Shown: in pieces, positions 1 to 8,323 of the stretch | How positions within the stretch are numbered: position 1 is the stretch's first letter | Layout of the letters: each line of letters begins with the position of its first letter | Assembly: GCA_964491045.1 (NCBI GenBank) | Contig: CAZBFA010000001.1 | Location: forward strand, 1 to 28,355 | Length of the DNA: 28,355 bases | From: Candidatus Woesearchaeota archaeon | GTDB taxonomy: Archaea; Nanobdellota; Nanobdellia; SCGC-AAA011-G17; JACPNG01 | Direction: 5' to 3' | Notes under the pieces: model-generated | The model's input: only the letters and a program-made list of their open reading frames with translations | The model's database searches: none | What the model was told of the DNA's origin: nothing | Made by a program: the position numbers and the translations under genes

Positions 1-1
1 A

Positions 2-226
2 GATTGGGATCAGTTTTATGTGCTCGGCAATGATATCAGTGAAGCAGCAAGGAATGCACTTCCAAAACTTTTTCGCATAGGATTTAGTCCTGATTTATAT
101 GACATCTGGAATGCGAGGATATTTGATCCTGATAAGAAAAAATACTATAACTTGCTTGAAAAAGGCTCATGGTTAATTGATTTAAAAACAGGAGAGCCAA
201 ATAAGCCATTAGAAAAACGCGTATAA
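2..226 (+). CDS. Hypothetical protein, C-terminal part (5' truncated by the window edge)
   Basis: The frame is open from position 2 (DWDQFYV-LGNDISE...) to TAA at 224-226; the track's GTG at 20 is probably internal. No family recognised. Confidence 0.6.
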   Translation, partial: DWDQFYVLGNDISEAARNALPKLFRIGFSPDLYDIWNARIFDPDKKKYYNLLEKGSWLIDLKTGEPNKPLEKRV

Positions 227-281
227 TCTATTCATTTAATTAAAGAAAAATTTGGTAAAGCTTTTTCTCAAAAAGGTTCAT

Positions 282-809
282 TCAGTAGCTCTTTCCAATC
301 AGCCTTACGGCCTGCGCCGCAATCACCAATATCAATGCAGTCGTCAGTAATCTCGGTGAGAATATTATTCTTGCCATGTCATAAGTTATTCCTTGTTTTG
401 TCACATCCCCGCCAGACAATGTTTGTATGAACGGCCCATAAACCTGGCTCAATACAAACCCGAAGATAAGCAGTATCAATATTATCAAAAGCCACGCAAC
501 ACTTGATTCCTCAAAAACACTCGATATGGTGCTTTCCTTCACACCGACAAACATGAATAGTGTTACAATTACTATAATCAAAAAGAATAGCACAACCAGC
601 CATGGCGTGACAGAGGTTACAACAGAGCCAACGCCCGGAGTAAGCATAAACAGAACTGCAACAAGAAAGGCCATTGCCAGATTTATCTCTTTGGAGCCGC
701 CAAGCACTTTTACTTTTGTCAGTACAGCATAAGCTCCAAAAAATATAAGCAAGAATACAAAAACTGGCGCCAGTTTCGGCAATAATCCTATGTCAATCGG
801 TGTTGCCAT
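282..809 (-). CDS. Multi-pass membrane protein, paralogue 3 of a tandem triplet
   Basis: 175 aa with about 5 hydrophobic segments. N-terminal FLLIFFGAYAVLTKVKVLG...EINLAMAFLVAVLF resembles the two upstream genes. TGATG overlap with the upstream gene at 807-811. Confidence 0.85.
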   Translation of the reverse strand: MATPIDIGLLPKLAPVFVFLLIFFGAYAVLTKVKVLGGSKEINLAMAFLVAVLFMLTPGVGSVVTSVTPWLVVLFFLIIVIVTLFMFVGVKESTISSVFEESSVAWLLIILILLIFGFVLSQVYGPFIQTLSGGDVTKQGITYDMARIIFSPRLLTTALILVIAAQAVRLIGKSY

Positions 810-1372
810 CAGTTCCCCCGAAACTTCTCTCCAAGTTCACCAAGGCCATGCCAGATTCCCTTGCCTTCTTCAGTCTCTTCTTTTGTCAAAAGCCATATCA
901 ACAAGACAGATATTGCAACAACAATAATCAAAACTTTTGTCCTTGAATCAATGCCGGTAAGCCAGCTTGGCAGTATATACCTTTGATTTACATAATCAAC
1001 ACTCAGGCTCCATGCAATAGCGGCAACAGACATAATGGCTGCCAATGTCATCAACTGCTTGCTCCAGCCTTGATATTCAGATTCCTTCATAAAGATTGCC
1101 AATAGCAAAAGAAGCATCAGGAATATCACAATGAACATTGCAACATTTGGCAATAATCTATTTACCAATGCAACAAGCTGTGTGTTTCTTACAAACAATA
1201 TTCCCGCAACCAATGCAATGACTACATTGAAATTCTTTGCCTTCTCTCCAAGTATGCGGGATTTCTGCAGTATCGCAAAAACCAGTGTGAAAACCAAAAG
1301 AAATGGCAATGCCACTTCATAAACGCCTATTTCCTCAAAATACCTCATTACATCACCCAAAACGCTCACCAT
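809..1372 (-). CDS. Multi-pass membrane protein, paralogue 2 of the triplet
   Basis: 187 aa; motif YEVALPFLLVFTLVFAILQKSRILG...NFNVVIALVAGILFV. Confidence 0.85.
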   Translation of the reverse strand: MVSVLGDVMRYFEEIGVYEVALPFLLVFTLVFAILQKSRILGEKAKNFNVVIALVAGILFVRNTQLVALVNRLLPNVAMFIVIFLMLLLLLAIFMKESEYQGWSKQLMTLAAIMSVAAIAWSLSVDYVNQRYILPSWLTGIDSRTKVLIIVVAISVLLIWLLTKEETEEGKGIWHGLGELGEKFRGN

Positions 1373-1387
1373 GATTCATCAACCCCT

Positions 1388-1927
1388 TTAGTCTGCTTTC
1401 TCTCCTTCTTTTGAAAATGCAAGCCAATATATGGCCCCAATTATAAAACCGACGAAAACAACAGACACTATGAATGTGCCCTGCCAGTTTTCAACAACAT
1501 AATCCACGACCCTGTCAAGCCAGCCAAAAGCATTCAGGAATATTGCAAGAACAGCGACAAATATTATTATGCCCATCAAGACTCGCCAGAAGCCCATATT
1601 TTCAAAAGTGAATTCCTTTGCTCCGGAAGCATAAGATCCTACAAGCATCATATAAGTTATAAGCACTATCAGCAGAAATGCAACATAAGGCGTTGACAGT
1701 TTCAATGCCTCAACAACAGGCTTTATCGCAACAAAGAACATTGCTATTACAAATGCCACCATGGAATTGATGTTTGCCTTTGGCCTGCCTTTTTCAGTAA
1801 GCCCCAGCACCTTTGTTTTTTCAAGTATGGCAAAAACTATGGTAAATATCAGCAAGAAAGGCAGAACTACATCATAGAAGCCAAACCTCTCAAAAAACTC
1901 AAGCGCATTCCCTAATGGTGTGACCAT
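1388..1927 (-). CDS. Multi-pass membrane protein, paralogue 1 of the triplet
   Basis: 179 aa; motif YDVVLPFLLIFTIVFAILEKTKVLG...NINSMVAFVIAMFFV. TATA-like TTTAAAT (minus strand, 1959-1953) about 29 nt upstream of the ATG. Confidence 0.85.
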   Translation of the reverse strand: MVTPLGNALEFFERFGFYDVVLPFLLIFTIVFAILEKTKVLGLTEKGRPKANINSMVAFVIAMFFVAIKPVVEALKLSTPYVAFLLIVLITYMMLVGSYASGAKEFTFENMGFWRVLMGIIIFVAVLAIFLNAFGWLDRVVDYVVENWQGTFIVSVVFVGFIIGAIYWLAFSKEGEKAD

Positions 1928-2147
1928 ATTGAGTAATAAGAGGGATTAACTGATTTAAATATTTTGTTGCTGGCAGAAAATGCCTAAAACTACTTAAAAG
2001 AACAGAAACACCATTATAAAATTACAACATAAATCAAGTTTTCATGTGCCCATATGGCATTGTAAAAATTCATTCGAACTATTTAAGAACCATGCTGCTC
2101 CGCCTTCTGCTTTTTAAAAGAAACATTGCTTGAATCAAAATAAGCTT

Positions 2148-2417
2148 TTACTCTTGCTGCGCTTCTTCGTAATTAGGTACTGCGGCATTGCTTATCACAA
2201 CAACATCACCAATTGCCTTTATCATATGATGAGGCACTATGACACCTTTTGCGCCGCCAAGAACCTTGCTCAAAAATGAGTTCTTGGTTGACCTTACTTT
2301 CCATCCAAATACCTTGTTTGGCGCAAGTATTGCCTCTTCAACATCCCCAAAATAATCACCAGCATCCGTAAATACCCTCATATCATAAAGATCAGTTACA
2401 TTTTTTACCTTTAGCAT
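2148..2417 (-). CDS. PRC-barrel domain protein (CdpB-like cell-division protein family)
   Basis: DLYDMRVFTDAGDYFGDVEEAIL...GVIVPHHMIKAIGDVVVI matches the PRC-barrel pattern. ATG at 2417 preferred (GGGAG upstream); GTG at 2426 is the alternative. Confidence 0.8.
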   Translation of the reverse strand: MLKVKNVTDLYDMRVFTDAGDYFGDVEEAILAPNKVFGWKVRSTKNSFLSKVLGGAKGVIVPHHMIKAIGDVVVISNAAVPNYEEAQQE

Positions 2418-2528
2418 AGAATCCACGCTCCCTTTTGTTTATTTTTCATTGTTATTTAATCCCTTTCATGAGCTCAAACTTTATAAACATTTCTGTACTA
2501 AGAAATAATTACACCAGCAGACAAGAAA

Positions 2529-3188
2529 ATGATAATCTACAGGAATTTAACTATAATAGGCACATCCCATATAGCCAAAGAAAGCATTGTTGAGGTCAAA
2601 AAAAACATCAACGAGCAAAAGCCAGACATTGTTGCATTGGAATTAGACAGATTAAGATTTGAGGCATTATTCTACAATAAAAAAAGAAAAACAAGCCTTC
2701 GCGATATATTTGACATTGGCATAAAAGGCTTTCTTTTCAATTTGATTGGGGCATATGTGGAAAATAAATTGGGCAAAATGGTCAATGTAAAGCCTGGCTC
2801 CGAGATGAAAGCAGCAATATTTGCGGCAAAGGAAAACAAGGCAGACATTGCATTGATTGACCAGGACATAAGAATAACATTGAAAAGCCTGTCAAAAGCC
2901 TTTGGCTGGAAAGAGCGATTTAAATTCTTGGCAGATTTAATCAGGAACATTTTCAAGAGGGAAAAAATAAACATAGACCTTACAAAGGTCCCGGATAAAG
3001 CGCTGGTAAAAAAGCTTACCGGAAGGATAAAAAAAGACTATCCTTCAATCTACAAGGCCTTGATTGAAGACAGGAACAAAGTTATGGCAAAAAATTTATA
3101 TAAGCTGATGTCAACAGATAAGAAGATAATAGCTGTTGTTGGCGCAGGCCATGAAGATGATATAATTGATTTAATGAAAAAGATGTGA
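2529..3188 (+). CDS. TraB/PrgY/GumN (TIKI superfamily) domain protein, soluble form
   Basis: Motifs IIGTSH, ALELD, GSEM, LIEDRNKVM and VVGAGH. Confidence 0.9.
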   Translation: MIIYRNLTIIGTSHIAKESIVEVKKNINEQKPDIVALELDRLRFEALFYNKKRKTSLRDIFDIGIKGFLFNLIGAYVENKLGKMVNVKPGSEMKAAIFAAKENKADIALIDQDIRITLKSLSKAFGWKERFKFLADLIRNIFKREKINIDLTKVPDKALVKKLTGRIKKDYPSIYKALIEDRNKVMAKNLYKLMSTDKKIIAVVGAGHEDDIIDLMKKM

Positions 3189-3192
3189 AAAC

Positions 3193-3936
3193 ATGTTTAC
3201 AAAACGCGAGATAACACATTTGATTATTTCAATTCTGTCGCTTGCCTTTGCTTTTGGCTTTAATGACGGGCAGGCATCCTTCAGATTTTCATTCTGGCTT
3301 TTGAATTTCATCCGCATTCTCATGGCCTCAATTGTAATGCTTCTCTTGTATGAATTAATCCACAAATTGACAGCAAGAAAGTACAAGACAGGAACAGAGT
3401 ATGAAATCTGGTCCATAAAGAGGTATGGCTTCTGGCAGTCTTCAAAATTCCCAAAAAAATTTCTTGGCTCCACAATAGATTCGTTTCCATTGGGCATTAT
3501 AATCTCAATATTCACAACATTGCTCTCAAGAGGCCTGTTTTATATCATCCCATTAGCTTCATTCAGGATTGTAGAAAAAACTCATTTAAGGCTTGGCTCC
3601 AAGTTCAAGCACGTGTCTAATTTTGAGGAAGCAAAAATAGCAGCATCTTCATTAGTTGTGCTTGCAATACTCGCTTTGCTGGCTTCATCAGGGAAAGTGG
3701 AAATTTTCAGCCAGCTTTCAACAATGATTTATGTCTTTATTGCATACTGCCTGATTCCGATATCAACTCTTGATGGCAGCAAGATATTCTTTGGCTCAAT
3801 TCCATTGTACATTGCAATATTGATATTTATCATAGTTTCTTATTTGCTCGCCCCATTTGGTTTTGCCGTCTCATTAATCCTTGCCCTGATTGGCGCTTTG
3901 TTTATGGCATTGCTGTACATCAAGAAAAGGGGCTAA
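3193..3936 (+). CDS. Site-2 protease (M50)-like membrane protein with degenerate catalytic motifs
   Basis: Multi-TM. LYELIHK sits where HExxH is expected; YCLIPISTLDGSKIF sits where NLLPxxPLDG is expected. Confidence 0.7.
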   Translation: MFTKREITHLIISILSLAFAFGFNDGQASFRFSFWLLNFIRILMASIVMLLLYELIHKLTARKYKTGTEYEIWSIKRYGFWQSSKFPKKFLGSTIDSFPLGIIISIFTTLLSRGLFYIIPLASFRIVEKTHLRLGSKFKHVSNFEEAKIAASSLVVLAILALLASSGKVEIFSQLSTMIYVFIAYCLIPISTLDGSKIFFGSIPLYIAILIFIIVSYLLAPFGFAVSLILALIGALFMALLYIKKRG

Positions 3937-4205
3937 GCTATTTTCAGCAGGCTGAATACCCCTTTCTGGATCAGCCATATGACTGCCATATAAGCAAATA
4001 TGCCAAAATAACCCGAATATATGGCATAAAAGAATATAAACCCACACGCGATATCAGCGATGCTTGCAATATTCTTTATGAAAGCAAGCCCCTTTACTGC
4101 AACAAAGCCGGCAAAAAATATTGGAATAAACTCTACATTAAACTTCAGCAGCAATAATGATATTCCCACCAATATGTCCAAAATCCCAAGCAGATAAACT
4201 ATCAT
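3933..4205 (-). CDS. Small hydrophobic membrane protein (about 90 aa)
   Basis: Only the C-terminal part of track ORF 3933..4463 looks like a real protein (MIVYLLGILDIL...WLIQKGVFSLL). The rest is antisense to the helicase. TATA spacing favours ATG 4205; 4223 and 4229 are alternatives. Confidence 0.7.
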   Translation of the reverse strand: MIVYLLGILDILVGISLLLLKFNVEFIPIFFAGFVAVKGLAFIKNIASIADIACGFIFFYAIYSGYFGIFAYMAVIWLIQKGVFSLLKIA

Positions 4206-4228
4206 GCTTTTTTTCTTTTTCATAACCA

Positions 4229-4236
4229 TTATAAAT
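4229..4236. promoter_or_regulatory. Probable bidirectional TATA box shared by divergent genes
   Basis: TTATAAAT on + and ATTTATAA on -, centred at 4232.5, equidistant from ATG 4205 (-) and ATG 4260 (+). Confidence 0.6.
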
Positions 4237-4259
4237 CTTTTTACTCTTTGCTTGAACAA

Positions 4260-5792
4260 ATGGCATCGCTTAGAAATTTTTCTCCCAGAGAATACCAGGC
4301 AAACATCCTGAAGGCATGCAAAAACAAGAACTGCCTTGTTATACTGCCCACAGGGGTTGGAAAAACGGGCATAGCCTTGCTTTTGGCGCTGGAACGATTG
4401 AATGAATTTGCCCACTCGAAAATACTGTTTTGCTCTCCAACAAAACCATTGTGCCAACAGCACACAGAAACCTTCACAAATAATACTGATCTGAACAAGG
4501 AAGACATACTGCTTTACACTGGCATGTTGAACCCAAAAAACAGGGCAGAATTATTCCAAAACAGCAAGGTGATTATTGCAACGCCGCAAACAATCCAGTC
4601 CGACATTGAAAACAGCAGGATAAATTTGAGCGATTTTTCGCTTTTGATCCTTGATGAGGCGCATAAATCAAAGATGAAGTATGCAAACACATTTGTTGCC
4701 AAGAATTACATTGAAAATGCAAAGAATCCAAGGATACTTGCATTGACAGCATCGCCCGGCAGCACAAAAGAAAAAATCAACGAGATATGCAGCAACCTTT
4801 TTATTGAAGATGTGGAGATAAGGACAGAGGATGATAGTGATGTGAAGCCTTATCTGCAGAAAAAAACAGTTGAGTACATCGGCATCGATCTTGGCAATGA
4901 ATTTGACAGCATAAGAAATCTGTTGAAAGAAGCCTACAAGGAAAAAATAGCAGACCTGAAAAAGCTTGGCATCACAAAACCAACATATCTAATCAACAAA
5001 AGAGACCTTATAATCCTGCAGAAGCAGCTTCAAAAAGAAATAGCCATGAGAAATCCATCTACCTTCTTTGGGCTTTCGCTGGTAGCAAAGCTCCTTAAGT
5101 TAAAATATCTTATAGAGCTCATAGAAACGCAAAGCCTGAAGCCATTCCATAATTTCATGCACAAGTTAAAAACCGACAATACAAAAGCAGCAAAATCCCT
5201 GCTCAATATAAAAGAAGTCATTGAAGCTGAAAAAATAGCAGATAGCCTTGTTGAAAAAGGTATGAAACACCCAAAAATTGAAAAGCTGAACGAGATAATA
5301 AAAGGGCAGTTTTCAGCAAACCCAAAATCAAAAATAATTATATTTGCAAACTACAGGGATACAATTGAAGAAATCATGGAAAATCTGAAGCATATTAAAA
5401 ATTGCCTGCCTGTAAAACTGATAGGCCATAGAGAAGGCATAACCCAGAAGCAGCAGCTGGAAACAATAGGCAAGTTTGACTCCAATGAGTACAACTGCTT
5501 GTTAACAACCTCGATAGGAGAAGAAGGGTTGTCTATGGGCACATTAGACATTGCAATTTTCTACGACAATGTTCCAAGCGCAATTAGGAGAATTCAGAGG
5601 GAAGGCAGAGTGGCAAGAATCAAGCCCGGAAAGATAATATACCTTACTGTTAAAAATTCGATAGATTCAGCATATCACTGGAAGTCAAGAAGGGATGAAA
5701 AAACAATGAAAAGCACAATAAGCAACATAAAAAATAAATTAGGTGAGCAACAGGAATTGGCAAGGTACACAAAAAATGAAAGTGATAGTTGA
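4260..5792 (+). CDS. hef: Hef/FANCM(Mph1)-type SF2 helicase, without a fused nuclease
   Basis: PREYQ, LPTGVGKT (Walker A), PTKPLCQQH, ATPQ, ILDEAH, LTASP, IGEEGL and QREGRVAR. ATG 4260 preferred over TTG 4248. Confidence 0.9.
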   Translation: MASLRNFSPREYQANILKACKNKNCLVILPTGVGKTGIALLLALERLNEFAHSKILFCSPTKPLCQQHTETFTNNTDLNKEDILLYTGMLNPKNRAELFQNSKVIIATPQTIQSDIENSRINLSDFSLLILDEAHKSKMKYANTFVAKNYIENAKNPRILALTASPGSTKEKINEICSNLFIEDVEIRTEDDSDVKPYLQKKTVEYIGIDLGNEFDSIRNLLKEAYKEKIADLKKLGITKPTYLINKRDLIILQKQLQKEIAMRNPSTFFGLSLVAKLLKLKYLIELIETQSLKPFHNFMHKLKTDNTKAAKSLLNIKEVIEAEKIADSLVEKGMKHPKIEKLNEIIKGQFSANPKSKIIIFANYRDTIEEIMENLKHIKNCLPVKLIGHREGITQKQQLETIGKFDSNEYNCLLTTSIGEEGLSMGTLDIAIFYDNVPSAIRRIQREGRVARIKPGKIIYLTVKNSIDSAYHWKSRRDEKTMKSTISNIKNKLGEQQELARYTKNESDS

Positions 5793-6432
5793 TTACCGGG
5801 AAAAGCCATCAGGCATATTGAGAGAGCTTGCAAAGCAGGGCATAGAGGCAGAAGTAAAGGCTCTTGCACTCGGAGATTTTATCATACAGACAAAAGACAG
5901 AAGCGGCAATATCATCAACCTGTGCATAGAAAAGAAAACACAGGATGATTTTCTGAATTCAATAATAGACAAGAGGCTCTTGAGGCAATTAATTGACATG
6001 AAAGAGCAGTTCCAGAATCAGCTCCTTATCATAGAGGGCAATGGTAATTTGTATTCATTAAGAAAATTCCATCCAAATTCAATTAGGGGAACGCTTGCCA
6101 CAATCTCGATAGACCTGCAGATACCAACAATAACCACAAGGTCAATTGCTGACACGGCAGCATTGATAGCAGTGATATCAAAAAGGCTGGAAAAAGACAG
6201 GAAAGACATCAGCTTGATGAACAAAAGAAAGCCCTTGTCCATTAAAGAGCAGCAGGAATTCATCATTGAGGCCCTTCCAGGAATAGGCCCAACACTTTCA
6301 AAATCACTTCTTAATGAATTTAAAAGCATAAAAAGCATAATCAATGCAAAAGAAGATGACTTCAAGAAAATAGACAAGATTGGAGACAAAAAGGCAAAAG
6401 AAATTTTCAATTTAATTCATCATGAGTACTAA
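5776..6432 (+). CDS. ERCC4/XPF-type nuclease with C-terminal (HhH)2 domain (Hef nuclease moiety)
   Basis: IVDYREK, LALGDF, IEKKTQDDF..SIID.RL, LIIEG and LPGIGP...IDKIGDKKA. ATG 5776 overlaps the helicase 3' end in the +1 frame. Confidence 0.9.
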   Translation: MKVIVDYREKPSGILRELAKQGIEAEVKALALGDFIIQTKDRSGNIINLCIEKKTQDDFLNSIIDKRLLRQLIDMKEQFQNQLLIIEGNGNLYSLRKFHPNSIRGTLATISIDLQIPTITTRSIADTAALIAVISKRLEKDRKDISLMNKRKPLSIKEQQEFIIEALPGIGPTLSKSLLNEFKSIKSIINAKEDDFKKIDKIGDKKAKEIFNLIHHEY

Positions 6433-6467
6433 AAAAATTTAAAAAGCCCAATGCTATTGCATGGCCC

Positions 6468-7073
6468 ATGACAGAAACAATAACAATAGTTCCGCATCAT
6501 GTCAAGGCATATTTTGAAGTATTCTTTTTTGGCAAGGACCCAAAAGACAGATTTAGCTGGTATCAGAATAAAAAATTCGGAAAAGAGGCGAAAAGCCTGA
6601 TAATAAAAGTTGTCTCAAACCCCGTGCAGGCAGTTCAAATAATCAATACATTTGACTCTTTTTGCGAGATGTGCCCAAAATACAGGCATGGGAAAAATTT
6701 TACTGGCAAATCTGAATGCTTTGATTACTATATCCACCGGCGCAAAAAGCTAAACCCTGGCGAATTAATTAAAGCAAACGATTTTGGAGTTTTTAGACTG
6801 CTGAATGAATCTCCCATCCTGTCTAGAGATCTTTTTGAATGCACCAAGCAGTTTTATTTTGACCTTCTTAGAGGGATAGAAATACCTTATTATCTGGCAA
6901 TAGATAAAGAAGATATAAATTTTGCCATGCAAAAATTTCAGGATGAGGGCTATGATGAAAGCAATTTGGTCTCGAAAATTTTCAGCACAAATGAGCAAAG
7001 ATACAGCTTGAAGGAAAGAAACTTATTTGGAAAACTAGGCCATCAGTTAAGGCAACATTTCATAGCTCCCTAA
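6468..7073 (+). CDS. Hypothetical protein with DUF1284-like metal-binding motifs
   Basis: IVPHH and DSFCEMCP resemble the DUF1284 xRPHH...DxICxxCP pattern. TATA TTTAAAAA at 6438-6445. Confidence 0.55.
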   Translation: MTETITIVPHHVKAYFEVFFFGKDPKDRFSWYQNKKFGKEAKSLIIKVVSNPVQAVQIINTFDSFCEMCPKYRHGKNFTGKSECFDYYIHRRKKLNPGELIKANDFGVFRLLNESPILSRDLFECTKQFYFDLLRGIEIPYYLAIDKEDINFAMQKFQDEGYDESNLVSKIFSTNEQRYSLKERNLFGKLGHQLRQHFIAP

Positions 7074-7583
7074 ATCAGTGTAAACCGGCCCATCTCTTCT
7101 CAGCTCGCTTTTGACAAGCAAGAAATCTTCGACCATAAATTTTATCTTTTTAACAGCAGTTTCTTCCAGCAGTTTCTTGAATTTGTCTTTATTATTGACG
7201 CTTTTTATTCTTGCCAGTGTTATATGTCCCTTAAATCTTTCTGCAGCCCCATAATCCTTTTTCAGCTTGCCCTCAACAATATCCTGCAATCCTTGGACAT
7301 TTCCTTTAACATCAACCCACAAGACCCTCGCAGAGTTAATGCTTGGAAAAACTCCAAGCCCGCCTAAACACATCTCAAACTTCCTGTATTTTATTTCTTT
7401 CATCAATGAATCAATTTTTTCAGTGTCCTCTTCATCAACATAGCCTAAAAATTTCAATGTCAGATGGAATTCCTTGACAAACTTGAAATCACCCACAGCA
7501 GAAAATTTCTTCTGCAGCCCCAGCAAATAATTTCTTGCTTCCTCACTCACTTTAATTGCCAGAAACAGCCTTATTTTTGCCAT
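7047..7583 (-). CDS. thpR: RNA 2',3'-cyclic phosphodiesterase (2H family, LigT/ThpR)
   Basis: RLFLAI, FHLTLKFLG and GHITLAR (two HxT motifs). Confidence 0.92.
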   Translation of the reverse strand: MAKIRLFLAIKVSEEARNYLLGLQKKFSAVGDFKFVKEFHLTLKFLGYVDEEDTEKIDSLMKEIKYRKFEMCLGGLGVFPSINSARVLWVDVKGNVQGLQDIVEGKLKKDYGAAERFKGHITLARIKSVNNKDKFKKLLEETAVKKIKFMVEDFLLVKSELRRDGPVYTDLGSYEMLP

Positions 7584-7587
7584 GTTA

Positions 7588-8322
7588 TCATCCATAAAAA
7601 TAATCCACTATGCCTGCCGCCAGTTTTATTGTTTTATTTTTATTGTCTAGCCTAGGATTTGCCTCAACAATATCAACAATCTTCAGGTTTTTCAATTTTT
7701 TAATCTCCTTGAACATTGAAAATGCCTCTTTCTTGCTTAATCCTTCCTTTTCCTTGTAAAACGTGCCCATTGCAATTTTAGGATCAAAAGCATCAATATC
7801 TATGCTAAGGTAAACTGCATCAAGCTTTTCAAAATCTTTTATTATTTTTATGCAGTTCAATGCATTTTTAGCATCGAATATCCTGATTTTCTTATTCTTT
7901 AGATACTTCTTTTCAACATCATAAATTTTCCTCACCCCCATAATCATAATTCTGTCTTCTTTCACAATCTTGTCCTCAAGCAATACTCTGGCAAAGTCCT
8001 CATGGCTTGGCGGTTTTATGTAGCTTGCGCAATCAACATGGGCATCCAATATGATTAACCCGCACTTTTTGAATTTTTTTGCCAATGCCAAAAAAGCAGG
8101 ATAGGTTATTGAATGGTCTCCGCCTAGAATTATTCCGCTGAAATTTTTTGATTTTTCAAGTATGTTTTGGTTTGTCTTGTAAATGTTCAGGTTGTCCACA
8201 GGAATAGATTTAGCAGAAAAATTAGTCTTTATATGCCTTAAAATTTCAGCAGGAGCATTCTCACATCCGATATTCCTGCCCATGCTTCCTTGAGAGCTTG
8301 GCACTGTCAAGATGTTTTTCAT
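7588..8322 (-). CDS. Arginase/agmatinase (ureohydrolase) family protein
   Basis: LGGDHSIT, LDAHVD, SIDIDAFDP and DIVEANP. Substrate cannot be assigned from sequence alone. Confidence 0.88.
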   Translation of the reverse strand: MKNILTVPSSQGSMGRNIGCENAPAEILRHIKTNFSAKSIPVDNLNIYKTNQNILEKSKNFSGIILGGDHSITYPAFLALAKKFKKCGLIILDAHVDCASYIKPPSHEDFARVLLEDKIVKEDRIMIMGVRKIYDVEKKYLKNKKIRIFDAKNALNCIKIIKDFEKLDAVYLSIDIDAFDPKIAMGTFYKEKEGLSKKEAFSMFKEIKKLKNLKIVDIVEANPRLDNKNKTIKLAAGIVDYFYG

Positions 8323-8323
8323 C

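Noticed and set aside
1928-2147. Intergenic gaps (1928-2147, 9470-9698, 28177-28355) as tRNA or other RNA genes
   Set aside because: No T-loop/D-loop consensus, cloverleaf or GC-rich structured segment seen by eye; a covariance-model scan was not run.
3933-4463. Full 176-aa track ORF
   Set aside because: Its N-terminal half is antisense to the hef helicase; only the hydrophobic C-terminal 90-98 aa is credible.
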